From an uncultured Chloroflexia bacterium (GTDB taxonomy: Bacteria; Chloroflexota; Anaerolineae; CG2-30-64-16), in NCBI GenBank assembly GCA_963774265.1, contig CAVZDU010000006.1:224001-288000 (forward strand): 64,000 nt of DNA. Reading direction: 5' to 3'. The notes under the pieces were generated by a model. It ran no database searches, was not told where the DNA came from, and worked only from the letters and a program-made list of their open reading frames with translations. The translations under genes were made by a program, and so were the position numbers. Positions 39,953 through 49,801 of the stretch are shown piece by piece. The number at the start of each line of letters is the position of its first letter. Position 1 is the stretch's first letter.

Positions 39953-41550
39953 CGGACCTTTCCTCCGTCTGATTCCTGTGACAGGGATGCCAGGTGCGGC
40001 GCGGTGCGTTTCGCGTAGCACTGCAGACAATCGACATCCGCGCCGTTTCCGGGCCCGCCTCCGGCCTGGCCCGTCGACGGTGCACCCCTGCACAGGCGGC
40101 TCAGCGAGTCAACCATATCGGGCATCACGACCAATCTGGTCTTGGCGGACTGGCAGACCTTGATGATCGAACGCTGCTGTTCGGCAGAGATGCGTCGATC
40201 GGCCAGAATGATCACCTTGATATTCAGTTGAGCCACCAGTCTCGGGATGTCGTTGCGGGTGCCCACGACACGGACGCCGTGAACGCGCATTCCCTGTTCA
40301 AGCACATCATCGTCCACAAATCCAACCACCTGGAACTGCTGCGCATTCTCAGGCTGATCCAGGACCCACGCCGCATTCCGGGCAGTATAACCGGAGCCGA
40401 CGATCAGAACGCGCTCGCTCGCGCCGATAGCTCTCATACGACGGCGGGTGATGTAACTGACGGCGCCGGTCGCCAGGCGGCCGCGATATCTGAACGCAAC
40501 GAATCCTATGAGGGCGAGTATCGAGGAGATCGCAATCAACCCGAGTGGAAAGAGACGGAGCAGGAGATTGGCCATGAAAGCGACAAGCGCGGCCACGGCC
40601 CATGCTGCGACGAGGTCGTAGGCATCTTCGGGCGCAGCCTTGGGCCACACGACACGGTCGACGCCAATCAGCGCCCCTGTGATGCCGAAGAGAAGCGCGA
40701 GCGCGACGGCCGCGCCGAAGGACTTCAGCCAGCCCACGTTCAGAGGCTCGTAGATGCGCCAGATGACGCCCACGATGCCGACAGCGACCAGTGCGATGAG
40801 CGTGTCGGCCGCGAACCAGTTGATGTGCCGGTGCATGAGACGGGTGACGGGACCGACAAACAACAGCCGCTCGGGCGGCTCGTGAGAGCCGATCCCGGGC
40901 AGGATGATATACGCGGTCCACAACAAGGTGTCCATGTCCAGGCAAAACGAGTGATAGCGCACGTAGAGCTCATCGAGGCGCTGCTTATCTGGAGCGAGCT
41001 CGCCGATGTACTGCCGGAATACGTTGGCAGTGGTCAGGAGCGTTTCCTCGTTGTGGTAAAGAACGGATGCCGGGCTGGTGACGCCCGGGCGCACCGAAAG
41101 GATCTTGACGCGAGCCACAGCAGGCCAGCTGCGCACGATGTCAGGATCTTCCGGACGAGGCCCCACGAGGCTCATGTCGCCGACCAGCACATTCCAGAAC
41201 TGGGGCAGCTCGTTCAGCTTCGTATCCCGCAGCCAGCGCCCCAACGGCGTCACCCGGGCATCGTCGCGGGCGGTGACCTTGGGGCCCGAGTAGCTGGCCT
41301 GCGTCTCGTACATGGTGCGGAACTTCAGGATCTTGAAGGGCTGCCCATTTCTACCCACGCGCGTGCCCCGATAGAAGACCGGTCCGGGTGAATCCCGCTT
41401 GATCCAGATGGCGATCAGGCAGAATAAGGGCGCGAGCCAGATCAACACGATCAGCGAGATGATGATGTCGGACGCCCTCTTCATCGGCCCGCTGCGCCAG
41501 ATGCGATAGTTGGCGACACGAGAGACGCGCCTGAGACTCTTCTCGGTCAT
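39949..41550 (-). CDS. Phosphoglycosyl (sugar) transferase + TM bundle + CoA-binding-like domain
   Basis: KFRTM, LNELPQ, SLVGPRP at the N-terminus; LIVGSG and VGFVDDD at the C-terminus. Confidence 0.85.
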   Translation of the reverse strand: MTEKSLRRVSRVANYRIWRSGPMKRASDIIISLIVLIWLAPLFCLIAIWIKRDSPGPVFYRGTRVGRNGQPFKILKFRTMYETQASYSGPKVTARDDARVTPLGRWLRDTKLNELPQFWNVLVGDMSLVGPRPEDPDIVRSWPAVARVKILSVRPGVTSPASVLYHNEETLLTTANVFRQYIGELAPDKQRLDELYVRYHSFCLDMDTLLWTAYIILPGIGSHEPPERLLFVGPVTRLMHRHINWFAADTLIALVAVGIVGVIWRIYEPLNVGWLKSFGAAVALALLFGITGALIGVDRVVWPKAAPEDAYDLVAAWAVAALVAFMANLLLRLFPLGLIAISSILALIGFVAFRYRGRLATGAVSYITRRRMRAIGASERVLIVGSGYTARNAAWVLDQPENAQQFQVVGFVDDDVLEQGMRVHGVRVVGTRNDIPRLVAQLNIKVIILADRRISAEQQRSIIKVCQSAKTRLVVMPDMVDSLSRLCRGAPSTGQAGGGPGNGADVDCLQCYAKRTAPHLASLSQESDGGKVR

Positions 41551-41572
41551 AATGAGCCCTCCCGGTACACGT

Positions 41573-42130
41573 TCAGGCTGATGGCTGGTCGATCTTCTCC
41601 AGCCATTCCTCTCTCCAGAATAGTGCACAACAACGATCACAGGGCCCAAAGTCCGCAGTGCCCTGGCAGACGACCCCATCGAGAAGCACGATGCCTTTCG
41701 ATGTCTTGACGCGCAGATCACGCTCGTCGACGAATCGCTCCAGGCGCTTGAGAACCCGCTGAGTCGTGCCGCAATACTGGGTCATTTCCGGCATAAAGGT
41801 GCACCCTCGGAGCTGCCGCCAGTGATTGAGCATGGCGTCTATCTCCGCCCTGGGCCGGACGCGCACCAGGTCACCAGCTGCCAGATGGGTGGCCGAACTG
41901 ACAGCCGGCCGGACCGCAGGAAGCTCAGGCCTGCCTCTGATCCGGCTCAACCAATTCATCAGGTCGTTCGTGCGCTTCTTGAACCGACGTTCCACTTGCG
42001 GGCTCATTCTGCGGCGGATCATCAGCTTAAGTCGCCGCGCGAGCGACTGGGGCGGCATCTCGGCGTGCCCCTCCGCGATTCGCTGCAGGCACGGAACCTG
42101 GCAGTCCTCGGCTTCTTCAGCTAGCTTCAT
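41573..42130 (-). CDS. Cys-rich conserved hypothetical protein
   Basis: GDLVRVR..FMPEM..YCG..VVC.G..CDRCC..FWREEWL; overlap-coupled to the upstream gene. Confidence 0.7.
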   Translation of the reverse strand: MKLAEEAEDCQVPCLQRIAEGHAEMPPQSLARRLKLMIRRRMSPQVERRFKKRTNDLMNWLSRIRGRPELPAVRPAVSSATHLAAGDLVRVRPRAEIDAMLNHWRQLRGCTFMPEMTQYCGTTQRVLKRLERFVDERDLRVKTSKGIVLLDGVVCQGTADFGPCDRCCALFWREEWLEKIDQPSA

Positions 42131-43145
42131 ATCGGACGTCTCCCTTCTCGTGTGCTGGGTTGCCGGCAGACTTCTCTGGTCCGGCAGCCTGCCCCCGGGC
42201 TGGCGCCGGGAACTCCGCCGCTTGCGGTCGGACTTCGGCCAGGCATGCCGGCCACTCCTGATCCTCCAGTGGGTGCTTTCCTGCCAGGTGGAAGCGAAGC
42301 ATGCCCTCAGCCTTGGCAAGGAGCGGATTGCCCGGATCGCGGTCGAGCCGCCCGAGGAGGAACGCGTACGATCTGCGCGTCGCCAGGGGCCGGAGGAGGG
42401 GATGGAAGACCACCCGCTGGCGCACCGGCACTGGCTGCAGCCCCATGCGGAACTTGAACTCGTCGACGCTCTCCGGGGCATCCAACGACTGGAGGGTGAA
42501 GAAGATCTCGGCCACGCCCTTGCGCGCCAGCAGATCGCAACAGACAGCATAGAACAGGGCGTTGTTGACATGCTCCCGCAGAAACTTGGAACGACTCAGC
42601 GCGTACGGCACGCACCACCTATCGTCGATGCGGGCCGTCAGCAGCGCTGCGGCGAGCTCGCCATCGCAGATCGCCCCCCAGGCCTCGAACCCCGGCAGGC
42701 CATCCGCGGCCCGACAAATGCGCTGCCACTCCGCCTGATCCATGGACTTGGTGCGCTCCTGGCGCTCCAGCGTATCGGCCTGCAGGCTCCAGCCTTCCCC
42801 GGCCAGCCGCTCAAAGGCGATGCGTTCCACCTTAAAACGGCTCAGGCCTCGGCGAACGCCGTTGCGGGCCTGGGCACGCAGCATATCCAGGGTGTATGGA
42901 CCGCGCAGCACGACATGGTAGCTAACCATGCCCTGCGGGGCGTCCAGCGGCGTCGAGTAGCGCAAAGCCGCGATCCCCCTGCCCAGCGTGAGGCCGCGCA
43001 ATTCTCCCGCAGAGGGTTGGATGAGCCAATGGTACGGGAATGCCTGGAAGACCCGCGGCCCCGCCTCATACCAGTAGCTGCTCGGGGTGCGAATCACCTG
43101 ATGCCCCTGGCGTCTCAGCCACTCTGCAAAGGTCTCGACGTTCAT
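42117..43145 (-). CDS. FemAB/GNAT-like protein
   Basis: ARNGVRRG, VNNALFY, EFKFRMG. Confidence 0.65.
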   Translation of the reverse strand: MNVETFAEWLRRQGHQVIRTPSSYWYEAGPRVFQAFPYHWLIQPSAGELRGLTLGRGIAALRYSTPLDAPQGMVSYHVVLRGPYTLDMLRAQARNGVRRGLSRFKVERIAFERLAGEGWSLQADTLERQERTKSMDQAEWQRICRAADGLPGFEAWGAICDGELAAALLTARIDDRWCVPYALSRSKFLREHVNNALFYAVCCDLLARKGVAEIFFTLQSLDAPESVDEFKFRMGLQPVPVRQRVVFHPLLRPLATRRSYAFLLGRLDRDPGNPLLAKAEGMLRFHLAGKHPLEDQEWPACLAEVRPQAAEFPAPARGQAAGPEKSAGNPAHEKGDVRYEAS

Positions 43146-44383
43146 GGCGTTCCGGCTCCCCCCCGGCATAACCCCGACAGCATGTCCTCAAAAGCATCGA
43201 CGCAGCTTCCGCGGGAGTAACGGCTTTCGAGCTGCGTGCGCCCGTTCTGGCCCATTTCGGCCAATGCGCCAGCTTGCCCTCGCAGATCCAGCAGGGCATC
43301 CGCCAAACGCTCGGGGTGATCCGGCGGCACGACGATGCCGCAGTGCGCGTCGTCCACCAGTTGTGCGAGATCGCTATCCCCTGGCGCAACTGCCAGAATC
43401 GGCCTGGCGCTGGCCATCACGTTGAAAATCTTGCTCGGCAGGGAGGACGCGGCTGAATCGTGATTCAACGTCACGAGACCCACATCAGCTGCGGCCAGCA
43501 TTTCAGGGAAAATCTCCCTGGGCTGGTAGGGAAGGAACATAACGTTCGCGAGTTGAGCCTCCTGCGCCATGGCCTCGAGATCGTTTTTCTTGACCCCCTC
43601 GCCGATGATGACAAAGCGGATGTCAGCCTCTTCCTTCAGCAGCTTCGCCGCACCGAGAACATCCTCCAGGCAGGAGGTCAGCCCCAGGTTGCCGGCGTAC
43701 ATCACCACGAACTTTCCGGACAGGCCGAACTGCTGGCGAAAACCATTCTCCTTCGGCAGCGACCGCACGATATCAGGATCGGCCCACACCGGAATCAGGG
43801 TAATTTTCTCCGGTGGCACACCCTTGCGATCCAGGTTTCTCCGAAAACTCTCTGAGATCACCGATATATGGGTCGCATGCCGATAGAGAAAGCGCTCCAT
43901 GGCCGAAAAGAATGCGATCATGTGCTGGTTTCGTAGCACGCCAGCGGCCACCGCGGCGTCCGGATACAGGTCCTCCAGCTCAAGCACCCAGGGCCCCCGC
44001 CACAGACGGCTGAGCAACCAGGCCGACAATCCCAGGGGCAGTGGCGGCGAGTAGCTCACCACGATATCCGGCTTGCCTGCGAATAGTCCGCCGTAGAAAG
44101 CAGACGCGCTGTAGGTGCCATAATGCAGCAGCCTCGGCCAGACTGTCTTGCTCGGTGAGATATAGCTCCACGTTCGGATCACCCGCACTCCGTCCAGCCA
44201 TTCGACCTGGTAAGCCCGGTTTCGATAACCCGCGAATACGCGTCCATAGGGATAATTCGGCGCACCGGTGATGAACGTGACCTCATGCCCCCGCTTGACC
44301 AGGTCGGTAGCGAGTTCAGTGATCAGCACCGCTGCGCTGATTTCCTCCGGCGCATAGAGCTGCGCCATGAACATGATGCGCAT
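43142..44383 (-). CDS. GT4 glycosyltransferase (WbuB/WcaI-like)
   Basis: PNYPYG, YAGNLG, LPSKIFNVMA. Confidence 0.9.
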   Translation of the reverse strand: MRIMFMAQLYAPEEISAAVLITELATDLVKRGHEVTFITGAPNYPYGRVFAGYRNRAYQVEWLDGVRVIRTWSYISPSKTVWPRLLHYGTYSASAFYGGLFAGKPDIVVSYSPPLPLGLSAWLLSRLWRGPWVLELEDLYPDAAVAAGVLRNQHMIAFFSAMERFLYRHATHISVISESFRRNLDRKGVPPEKITLIPVWADPDIVRSLPKENGFRQQFGLSGKFVVMYAGNLGLTSCLEDVLGAAKLLKEEADIRFVIIGEGVKKNDLEAMAQEAQLANVMFLPYQPREIFPEMLAAADVGLVTLNHDSAASSLPSKIFNVMASARPILAVAPGDSDLAQLVDDAHCGIVVPPDHPERLADALLDLRGQAGALAEMGQNGRTQLESRYSRGSCVDAFEDMLSGLCRGGAGTP

Positions 44384-44430
44384 TTGTCAATCCGATCACA
44401 ATGCTCACCTGGCGGACGACGATCAGCCCT

Positions 44431-46677
44431 TCAAAGGGCCCCTTTATCATCGGCCAATTCCGCGTCGCGCTGCCCTGGAAACATGATCTCGAGCAGATGC
44501 GCCACGACAACGTCGGCGCTGAACTCCCGCCCCCGCTGCTGATTCGCCTTCGCCATGCGATCCCGCAGCTGAGGATCCAAGGCCAGTCGTCCAACGGCCT
44601 GGGCCAATGCCTCCGGATCGCGCGCAGGAACCAGCAACCCGTTTTCACCATCCGTGACGAGTTCCGCAAGCGCGCTGTGTTGAGTGCTGATCACAGGAAC
44701 GCCCGCGTGCATGGCCTCAATGACGACGCCCGGGTGTCCTTCGCACGCGAAGAATGTCGGTAACACGAGTGCGTCGTAGCCTGCTATCACCTGGGAGGCA
44801 TCACCAACCTTCACAGTACCGCAGTAGCGGGAATTGGGGCTCACCTCCAATTTCCGCAGAAACTCCTCGCGGATTGCCGTATGGAGCGGCCCGTAAAAGT
44901 CACAACTCACAGGTATCGGGCAGGTTTGCGCAACAAGTTGCAGCGCATCAAGGAGAACCAATGGACCCTTGTCCCTGTGAATGTGCGAAAGAAATACCAA
45001 ATGTAGCTCCGGACTGCGGCCATTTGGCGACCGCTGAATCTCCGGCAGAGGTCTGCACCCCGGCACGTAATGCACATTTGAACAGCCCAAGCGAGTCAGC
45101 CCTGCCTGAAGGAGCTGTGTTTGAGCCAGCACGCCATCTGCGGAGCGTAAGATCCTGAGCCCATAGGACTGAATCAACCTCCCATGCTTTGCCAAAAACA
45201 GGTCGAGATCTCCTCCGACAGGCTTAACATAAAAGCGCGCGTGAAAGCCTCGTGCCACCAGCAGCAGCACCGGAACGATAGTAAGCGCAAAGAGATTGTT
45301 GGCGAACACCAGGACAGCGCCGGTCCCGTGAACTCGCCGAACGTACTCCGCAAAAATGACGGCCATTCGCCGCACCTTCTCCAGGTTGAAGCCAGTCATC
45401 TTCTCCCTGGGGTCTGTGGCAGGAGACGTATTGATGATCGCCAGGCGCACTGAAGGATCCTTATGCATCTCGTCGGCGAAGGCCTGAAGGGTCAGCGGTG
45501 AGCCGCCAATGGGTGGCGGCAACGGACCAACGATCAGTAAAGACCTCTGCTTAGGCGTGAACCGATTTGGCTCATCTGGCGCGCGCAAACCGGTTCCGAA
45601 CAGCACATCCACATACTGGTCTACCACTGCCTCTGCTTCAAAGGGCCTATAGCTCTCCGGCAGTGGTCGCGGCGTCCTGCCATCAAGGGCTGCTTCAATG
45701 GCCGACGCCATGGAGACCATATCACCCAGCGGAACCAAACAGCCATATGCCCCATCGGCCAAAATCTCCTTTGGTCCACCAGGACAGTCTGTAGAAACGA
45801 TCGGTAGGCCACAGCAAAGCGCCTCGATCAGGACACCCGGCAACCCTTCCCAACGCGAAGACAGAACAAAAACCGATGCCTGGCGCATGTAGGGGTATGG
45901 GTTAGGCACGAATCCGGGAAGGCTCGTATCCTGTTCCAGGCCAAGTTGCTTCACCAATGCCTCAAGAGCAGATCGTTCCTCCCCCTCGCCCAGGATCATG
46001 AGACGCGCCATGCGCGAGCGGCGGACCCGAGCAAAAGCCTGAACCAGAGTCGTGTAGTCCTTCTGTGCGGTGAGGCGACCAACCGCCAGCACTACTGGGG
46101 GCTCACCGGGCCCGAACCAGGGATGGCAGAGTGGCGCTTGAGCCATGGCGTGCAATTCGGGTGTCACTACTGGGTTATAGATCACGCGGATACGCTCGCG
46201 AGGAATCCCCGTCACCTGAGCAAGGTCATCTGCCACTCCACGCGAGACGGCGACAATACCGTCTGCCCACCTGTAGAGGTGCTTGATAAGGCGCGGCAGG
46301 AGCCGCATGCGAGTATCGAATCTATAGTGCTGGACCGCGCTCGAGAGCGCGTTGCGCTCAGTCACCACAACGCGGGTCCGAGCCAAACGCCCAGCCACAA
46401 GCGCAATCACATTCGTAAACAAGCCCGAAAGCAGGACGTCTGGCCGCTCACGTCGCAGGTAGCGGACGAGGGAAACCACACTGAGAATAGACCTCGCAGC
46501 CCGGAGGTCAACCAGCCGAACTCCAGCCGGAACTTCGGCCAAATAGGGCCCTTCTGCGCGCACGAGCACCAGATCTACCCCATATCCGCGACGAGCCATC
46601 CCGCCGGCGAGCTTAAGCATCGTGCGCTCTGCACCACCACCATAAAGTCCGGGCAAGAAGATTGCCAGTCGTTCCAT
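44431..46677 (-). CDS. Tandem GT4-GT4 glycosyltransferase
   Basis: GGAER..EGLPGVLIEA, then PPPIGG..EGHPGVVIEA. Confidence 0.88.
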   Translation of the reverse strand: MERLAIFLPGLYGGGAERTMLKLAGGMARRGYGVDLVLVRAEGPYLAEVPAGVRLVDLRAARSILSVVSLVRYLRRERPDVLLSGLFTNVIALVAGRLARTRVVVTERNALSSAVQHYRFDTRMRLLPRLIKHLYRWADGIVAVSRGVADDLAQVTGIPRERIRVIYNPVVTPELHAMAQAPLCHPWFGPGEPPVVLAVGRLTAQKDYTTLVQAFARVRRSRMARLMILGEGEERSALEALVKQLGLEQDTSLPGFVPNPYPYMRQASVFVLSSRWEGLPGVLIEALCCGLPIVSTDCPGGPKEILADGAYGCLVPLGDMVSMASAIEAALDGRTPRPLPESYRPFEAEAVVDQYVDVLFGTGLRAPDEPNRFTPKQRSLLIVGPLPPPIGGSPLTLQAFADEMHKDPSVRLAIINTSPATDPREKMTGFNLEKVRRMAVIFAEYVRRVHGTGAVLVFANNLFALTIVPVLLLVARGFHARFYVKPVGGDLDLFLAKHGRLIQSYGLRILRSADGVLAQTQLLQAGLTRLGCSNVHYVPGCRPLPEIQRSPNGRSPELHLVFLSHIHRDKGPLVLLDALQLVAQTCPIPVSCDFYGPLHTAIREEFLRKLEVSPNSRYCGTVKVGDASQVIAGYDALVLPTFFACEGHPGVVIEAMHAGVPVISTQHSALAELVTDGENGLLVPARDPEALAQAVGRLALDPQLRDRMAKANQQRGREFSADVVVAHLLEIMFPGQRDAELADDKGAL

Positions 46678-46731
46678 CGTTAGGTCCCCAAGGCGAAAAC
46701 GGCGGCCGAGATTGCAAAACTCAGAAACATC

Positions 46732-47871
46732 TTAATGGCTCTCTGCCGCAGGCGCAACCCGTTTCAAATAGTGCGTCAGAAGAAACTCCCTCAGTGCCAG
46801 CTCGTGCACCCAGTATCTTCCCGGCTCAAAACGAAAAGAGCCATCATCGCCGAAAATGGTCACGCCAGGGATGCCGTTTACGTGTAGTTGTTCCGGGAGC
46901 TCCATCGCACATACGGGAGAGATCTCGATGACGTAGTACTTGTCGTCCAGGCCATGCAGCATGTCCACAACCAACATCGGGCTTGCGATGAATTTATTGG
47001 CGTCCAGGGCGATCTTCATAGCTTCTTGGGGCAGCTCACGCTTCTCCACCAGATGCATGCCGGATGCCCTGAAATCTCCCGGCGGCGTCCGTCGATAATA
47101 ACCAAACACCCAGTTGCCAACCACGATCACCCGGATGTCGTAGCCGTCATTCGGAACGAAGTCCTGAAAGTAGACGTAGTTCTTCTGACGGGAACAGACC
47201 AGGTGAGACTTTCGGCCGGTCATGGAAAAAGCCTGCCTGATGATCCGCCGTGCGTGGTCGGGCGTGCGCACTAACTCGATTCCGATGGAGCCGGAGGCGG
47301 GGACGATTTTCGAGACGACAGGGAATCGCAGGCCTTGGACCAGGCGCATCGCATCATCCCTGTCGTGTGATACATAGGTCCTGGCAGATGGAATCCCGCA
47401 CACCTCGGCCAAATACACCTCCAGGCTCTTGTCCTCATACAAATAGGCGTGATCAGGAGATGGATAGGTCGCTATCCCCAGGTACTTCTCCAGGAAGTAG
47501 TATTTCCTGCGCATCTCGTCCAGGTGCCACGGCCGAGAAGACACAAAACCAACAACGATGTCGAACTCCCTGGCATTTTCGATCCAATCATGGGCGTGAA
47601 TGTCGAAGATGCCATAACCAAACGAGTTATTGTCCAGGAACCGGCAATACTTGGTCCAGCGCGGATGCGGTGAGGGATCCCGTACAATCCCAAACCTCGG
47701 TTTCTTCACGTGCGCCGGCCAATCGATGCGCACGATTTCCGCATCATTGATGCCGGGGCGGTCATCGACGTAGCCCGGCTCAGCCATCGGGAAATGCTGC
47801 CTGAAGCGAGCGTAGCCGGGGGTCTTGCTGAACCTTAGCAGCCCCCTGTTCTGTTTCAACATCTCCATCAC
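46732..47871 (-). CDS. RimK-like ATP-grasp protein
   Basis: FPVVSK, YFQDFVP..YDIRV, DFRASG, VIEIS. Confidence 0.85.
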   Translation of the reverse strand: MMEMLKQNRGLLRFSKTPGYARFRQHFPMAEPGYVDDRPGINDAEIVRIDWPAHVKKPRFGIVRDPSPHPRWTKYCRFLDNNSFGYGIFDIHAHDWIENAREFDIVVGFVSSRPWHLDEMRRKYYFLEKYLGIATYPSPDHAYLYEDKSLEVYLAEVCGIPSARTYVSHDRDDAMRLVQGLRFPVVSKIVPASGSIGIELVRTPDHARRIIRQAFSMTGRKSHLVCSRQKNYVYFQDFVPNDGYDIRVIVVGNWVFGYYRRTPPGDFRASGMHLVEKRELPQEAMKIALDANKFIASPMLVVDMLHGLDDKYYVIEISPVCAMELPEQLHVNGIPGVTIFGDDGSFRFEPGRYWVHELALREFLLTHYLKRVAPAAESH

Positions 47872-47895
47872 AGCGCCCCCTTCATCAGGCTTCGC

Positions 47896-48525
47896 TCACC
47901 AATGCAACGCCTCGGACCCCATCAGCTTCACCACCCTTTCGGCCTCGAGGCGGTCGCCGGCAAACCGGAAGGTGGCGAGTTCAAGGTTGGAAGGATACGT
48001 TGCGAGGGACTCGATGCAGTTCGAGCCCCTGAGCACGCCATGGAACATCTGCAGAAAGACGCCGTGTGAAACCACCAGGATATTCGAGCCCTCGTACGTT
48101 CTGAAGAGGAACCGGCGAAACTCCTTTGCGCGTTCCCACACATCCTCGAAAGGCTCCCCTCTTTGCGGATTCACGGTGTGCAGATCGTTTCCAACGGTGA
48201 TCAACAGGACAGGCGGCTGGAGGCTCTGGATCTCGTCCCATGTCAGACCCTCCATGATCCCGAAGTTGCGCTCGTTGCACAGCCTGGACTGGACGATCGG
48301 GACGGCGTCACCCACAAGGATGCGGGCGGTCTGAAATGCCCTCTGAAGCGTCGAGCTGATCACAACGTCGAAGCCTGACCCGCGGAGTTTCGTGGCAGCT
48401 TCGCTCGCGTCCCGAATCCCTGCTTCACTCAACGGCACGTCAATCGACCCGGCGTATCTCCTCTCGGCGTTGTAGCGGGTGTGAGCATGCCTGAGGGTGC
48501 TTATCGTGGTGACTGGCGAGTTCAT
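47896..48525 (-). CDS. Histidine phosphatase / phosphoglycerate-mutase-like
   Basis: RHAHT, SSTLQRA, ERNFG, SHG. Confidence 0.85.
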   Translation of the reverse strand: MNSPVTTISTLRHAHTRYNAERRYAGSIDVPLSEAGIRDASEAATKLRGSGFDVVISSTLQRAFQTARILVGDAVPIVQSRLCNERNFGIMEGLTWDEIQSLQPPVLLITVGNDLHTVNPQRGEPFEDVWERAKEFRRFLFRTYEGSNILVVSHGVFLQMFHGVLRGSNCIESLATYPSNLELATFRFAGDRLEAERVVKLMGSEALHW

Positions 48526-48530
48526 ATTCG

Positions 48531-49703
48531 TTACTCCGTCAGCCGGATAATCTCGTTGAGGCGCAGCACCGACGAGTAGTCGGTCAACAGCGGCCCGATT
48601 TTGATATACGGCACGCCGTACATGCAGGTAAGGGTGGAAACAAAGGTCTCCTCCGTGCTGATAGAACGGTGTGACGTGATAACGATCTGGCCGGTGCGCT
48701 GGGCGGCCTCGATCGCCCGCCTGACTGCGGTGACAGTGCCGGCCTGGTTCGGCTTGACCACTGCGCCATGTGTGTGCTTCTTGGCGGCGCCCTCCTCAAT
48801 CCGATCCGCATCGGATGAGTAGAAGTTGTCACCGATTATATAACAGGCCTGCTGTGATGTCGTCAGGCGCTGCCAACTCGCGACATCCACCTCGCGAAAC
48901 GGATCCTCCAAGAAGCGAAGGGGGTACTGATCGATGATCGAGATCCAATAGTCGTGGAATTTCTCACTCGAACGCGTCAAGCCATCGGTGATGGCCAACC
49001 GGTATCCCTCGCCGGTCCACAGGTCACCGGCCGAGGCATCGATCATCAAATCAAACCGGTCAGAAAGCCCCAGGCTGGCGCAGACGTCCAGCAGGAATTC
49101 GATGCACTCACGGTTATCGGCCGTCGAGAAGCAATGGACCGGATTGCCGCCCACGACTGTGGTCGGTTGTCTGAGCAGCCGCTCCTTGACGAGATGTTGG
49201 ATCTCGTTGTGACACCCGATCACCTCATCGATGCGGTTGTCCCTTGCGACCAGCATATACTCCGAAAAGTCACTCTGCACCGGGTTGGTGTACGCGTGCC
49301 ACCCGCCGTTGAGGATATTGCAGCAGAGGCGCGGCGGCGTCAGTGGCGCAATCGGTTTACCGAAAAGATCAAAGAGGGATCGAGAGGCGGACGTTGCGTT
49401 GAACAACGCGAGCGAGAGGCTGTAGGCGTTGTTTCTACCGAAGGCGGCGATGTGTCTCTGCAGATAGTCGTCGAATTCTGCCTGATCGACCGGGCGACCG
49501 ACATATCCATCCGCCTCCAGGCTGCGGATAATCGTCTCGGGCGTAATCGATACTTTCCGATCTTCGTAGATGCTGATCGTCTCGCCCTTGGGGGATGCGC
49601 CAACGCCCAAGGTTCCGTCGTTCAGTGTGATAATGAATTCAGTCGTCAACTCGACATGCGAGTTCAGCACACTGCGCCAGGCAATCGATCTAACGGTTGG
49701 CAT
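48531..49703 (-). CDS. Divergent enolase-like protein
   Basis: NILNGGWH, LEDPF, IGDN, KPNQAGT, SHRS, IKIG; GGAG RBS. Confidence 0.85.
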   Translation of the reverse strand: MPTVRSIAWRSVLNSHVELTTEFIITLNDGTLGVGASPKGETISIYEDRKVSITPETIIRSLEADGYVGRPVDQAEFDDYLQRHIAAFGRNNAYSLSLALFNATSASRSLFDLFGKPIAPLTPPRLCCNILNGGWHAYTNPVQSDFSEYMLVARDNRIDEVIGCHNEIQHLVKERLLRQPTTVVGGNPVHCFSTADNRECIEFLLDVCASLGLSDRFDLMIDASAGDLWTGEGYRLAITDGLTRSSEKFHDYWISIIDQYPLRFLEDPFREVDVASWQRLTTSQQACYIIGDNFYSSDADRIEEGAAKKHTHGAVVKPNQAGTVTAVRRAIEAAQRTGQIVITSHRSISTEETFVSTLTCMYGVPYIKIGPLLTDYSSVLRLNEIIRLTE

Positions 49704-49801
49704 CGGTCTTCTCCTTATTCGACGAAAGAAGTATCCCCCGCATCCGACTACGACAATCGGAGACTCCTTTTTATGATGCGGCTCTCGCGCATCCGCCCGC
49801 T

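Noticed and set aside
39994-43220. Long plus-strand ORFs (465 and 464 aa) and similar antisense ORFs elsewhere
   Set aside because: They are shadows of well-supported opposite-strand genes in high-GC DNA and carry no recognisable motifs.
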